Source: an uncultured bacterium | GTDB taxonomy: Bacteria > Macinerneyibacteriota > Macinerneyibacteria > Macinerneyibacteriales > DSCS01 | Length of the DNA: 64,000 nt | Direction: 5' to 3' | Assembly: GCA_964574875.1 (NCBI GenBank) | Contig: CAZNOX010000001.1 | Location: 11,352-75,351 of the forward strand | Shown here: positions 63,687 through 64,000 of the stretch, piece by piece | Position numbering within the stretch: the stretch's first letter is position 1 | Layout: every line of letters starts with the position of its first letter | The notes under the pieces: generated by a model | The model's input: the letters and a program-made list of their open reading frames with translations, nothing else | Databases searched by the model: none | Told to the model about the DNA's origin: nothing | Program-made: the position numbers and the translations under genes

Positions 63687-64000
63687 ATTTCTCCAAACAC
63701 CTCGTTCTGCATGATTTTTATCTCTTTCAGACGGGCCAGCTCTAAAACAGCCAGCACATAGACCACCATCTCCAGTTTATTGCGCGAGGCCCTGATCAGC
63801 TCACTCACGCGGAGAGGCTCATCACCCAGGATCCATTCCTGGATGGCCCGGATCTTGTCCTCCACTTTATAATCCTCTTTGACCACCTCGTGAAACGAGA
63901 CATTGTTCACACGCTCCATGAGGTCATGAAAGGCATCCAGCAATTCATAGAAAGAGGTATCAAAGAGAAGCTCCCTGCTCACATACATGGCCATCTCTTT
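63659..64000 (-). CDS. scpA: Segregation and condensation protein A, C-terminal part (N-terminus beyond the window)
   Basis: The ScpA C-terminal winged helix precedes scpB. The frame is open to the window edge. Confidence 0.7.
   Translation of the reverse strand, partial: KEMAMYVSRELLFDTSFYELLDAFHDLMERVNNVSFHEVVKEDYKVEDKIRAIQEWILGDEPLRVSELIRASRNKLEMVVYVLAVLELARLKEIKIMQNEVFGEIWIYKTQNQ

Noticed and set aside
1-64000. CRISPR arrays, integrases, transposases, restriction-modification or toxin-antitoxin genes
   Set aside because: Intergenic regions are all under 130 nt. No direct-repeat arrays are visible. No nuclease, helicase, methyltransferase, recombinase or phage-like ORF was recognised. 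The window appears to be core chromosome.

Overview
This 64 kb window is a gene-dense, mostly minus-strand chromosomal segment of a diderm anaerobe, with several 'known-unknown' gene modules but no canonical defence or mobile-element hallmarks. About 80 CDS, one small CDS absent from the ORF track, and one tRNA are supported.

GC content is about 57-60 %, with local dips to about 43-48 %. Three traits point to a spirochaete-like lineage at low confidence: a DUF3276/PUR-domain protein, BMP-family purine lipoprotein transport, and loose lipoboxes. Lnt, a secretin and an outer-membrane beta-barrel show it is diderm.

Recognisable content, from position 1 to 64000:
- A MATE efflux gene (partial) and an L-threonine dehydrogenase-like epimerase.
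- A DUF523/TudS-like protein, a coiled-coil basic protein and an SPFH protein with three zinc ribbons, under one consensus sigma-70 promoter.
- Uridine-kinase-like kinase, gpsA, and a low-GC lipoprotein.
- An anaerobic oxidative-stress island (rubrerythrin, ferritin, desulfoferrodoxin, ferritin-like diiron protein, rubredoxin, flavodiiron FprA) with adjacent perR and Per-box-like palindromes.
- A pyrimidine operon (pyrC-pyrK-pyrD-pyrF plus a Yip1 protein).
- pilM/N/O/P-like genes, a secretin and lnt, with a strong promoter and a terminator.
- A long housekeeping operon: trpS, gatB/yqeY-like, PUR protein, mtaB-like, rsmE, mtnA, a class-III nucleotidyl cyclase with a large N-terminal domain, ligT/thpR.
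- A divergent ECF sigma operon: sigma, a membrane protein with a CBM48-like ectodomain, two secreted proteins and an outer-membrane barrel, converging on an orphan ExbB/TolQ/MotA homologue.
- metG, ricT, holB, tmk.
- A small redox cluster: AKR-ferredoxin fusion, DUF1893 and a flavodoxin-like protein.
- The conserved TIGR03546/TIGR03545 gene pair.
- Two heterodimeric ABC exporter genes, pepD and tRNA-Ala(CGC).
- xpt, a BMP lipoprotein and an ABC nucleoside importer.
- An operon of HD-GYP response regulator, 7TM hybrid histidine kinase, WYL-domain protein and DUF1622.
- DUF370 (RemA-like), secG, pgk, gap, an MBL hydrolase, rluB, scpB and scpA (partial).

The most interesting candidates for an undescribed system are the ECF-sigma/CBM48/OMP operon with its orphan ExbB, the HD-GYP/7TM-HK/WYL/DUF1622 operon, the TIGR03546/03545 pair, the SPFH-zinc-ribbon module, and the compositionally heterogeneous pilMNOP-secretin cluster. 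All function calls rest on motif and family recognition by eye; no database search was possible.
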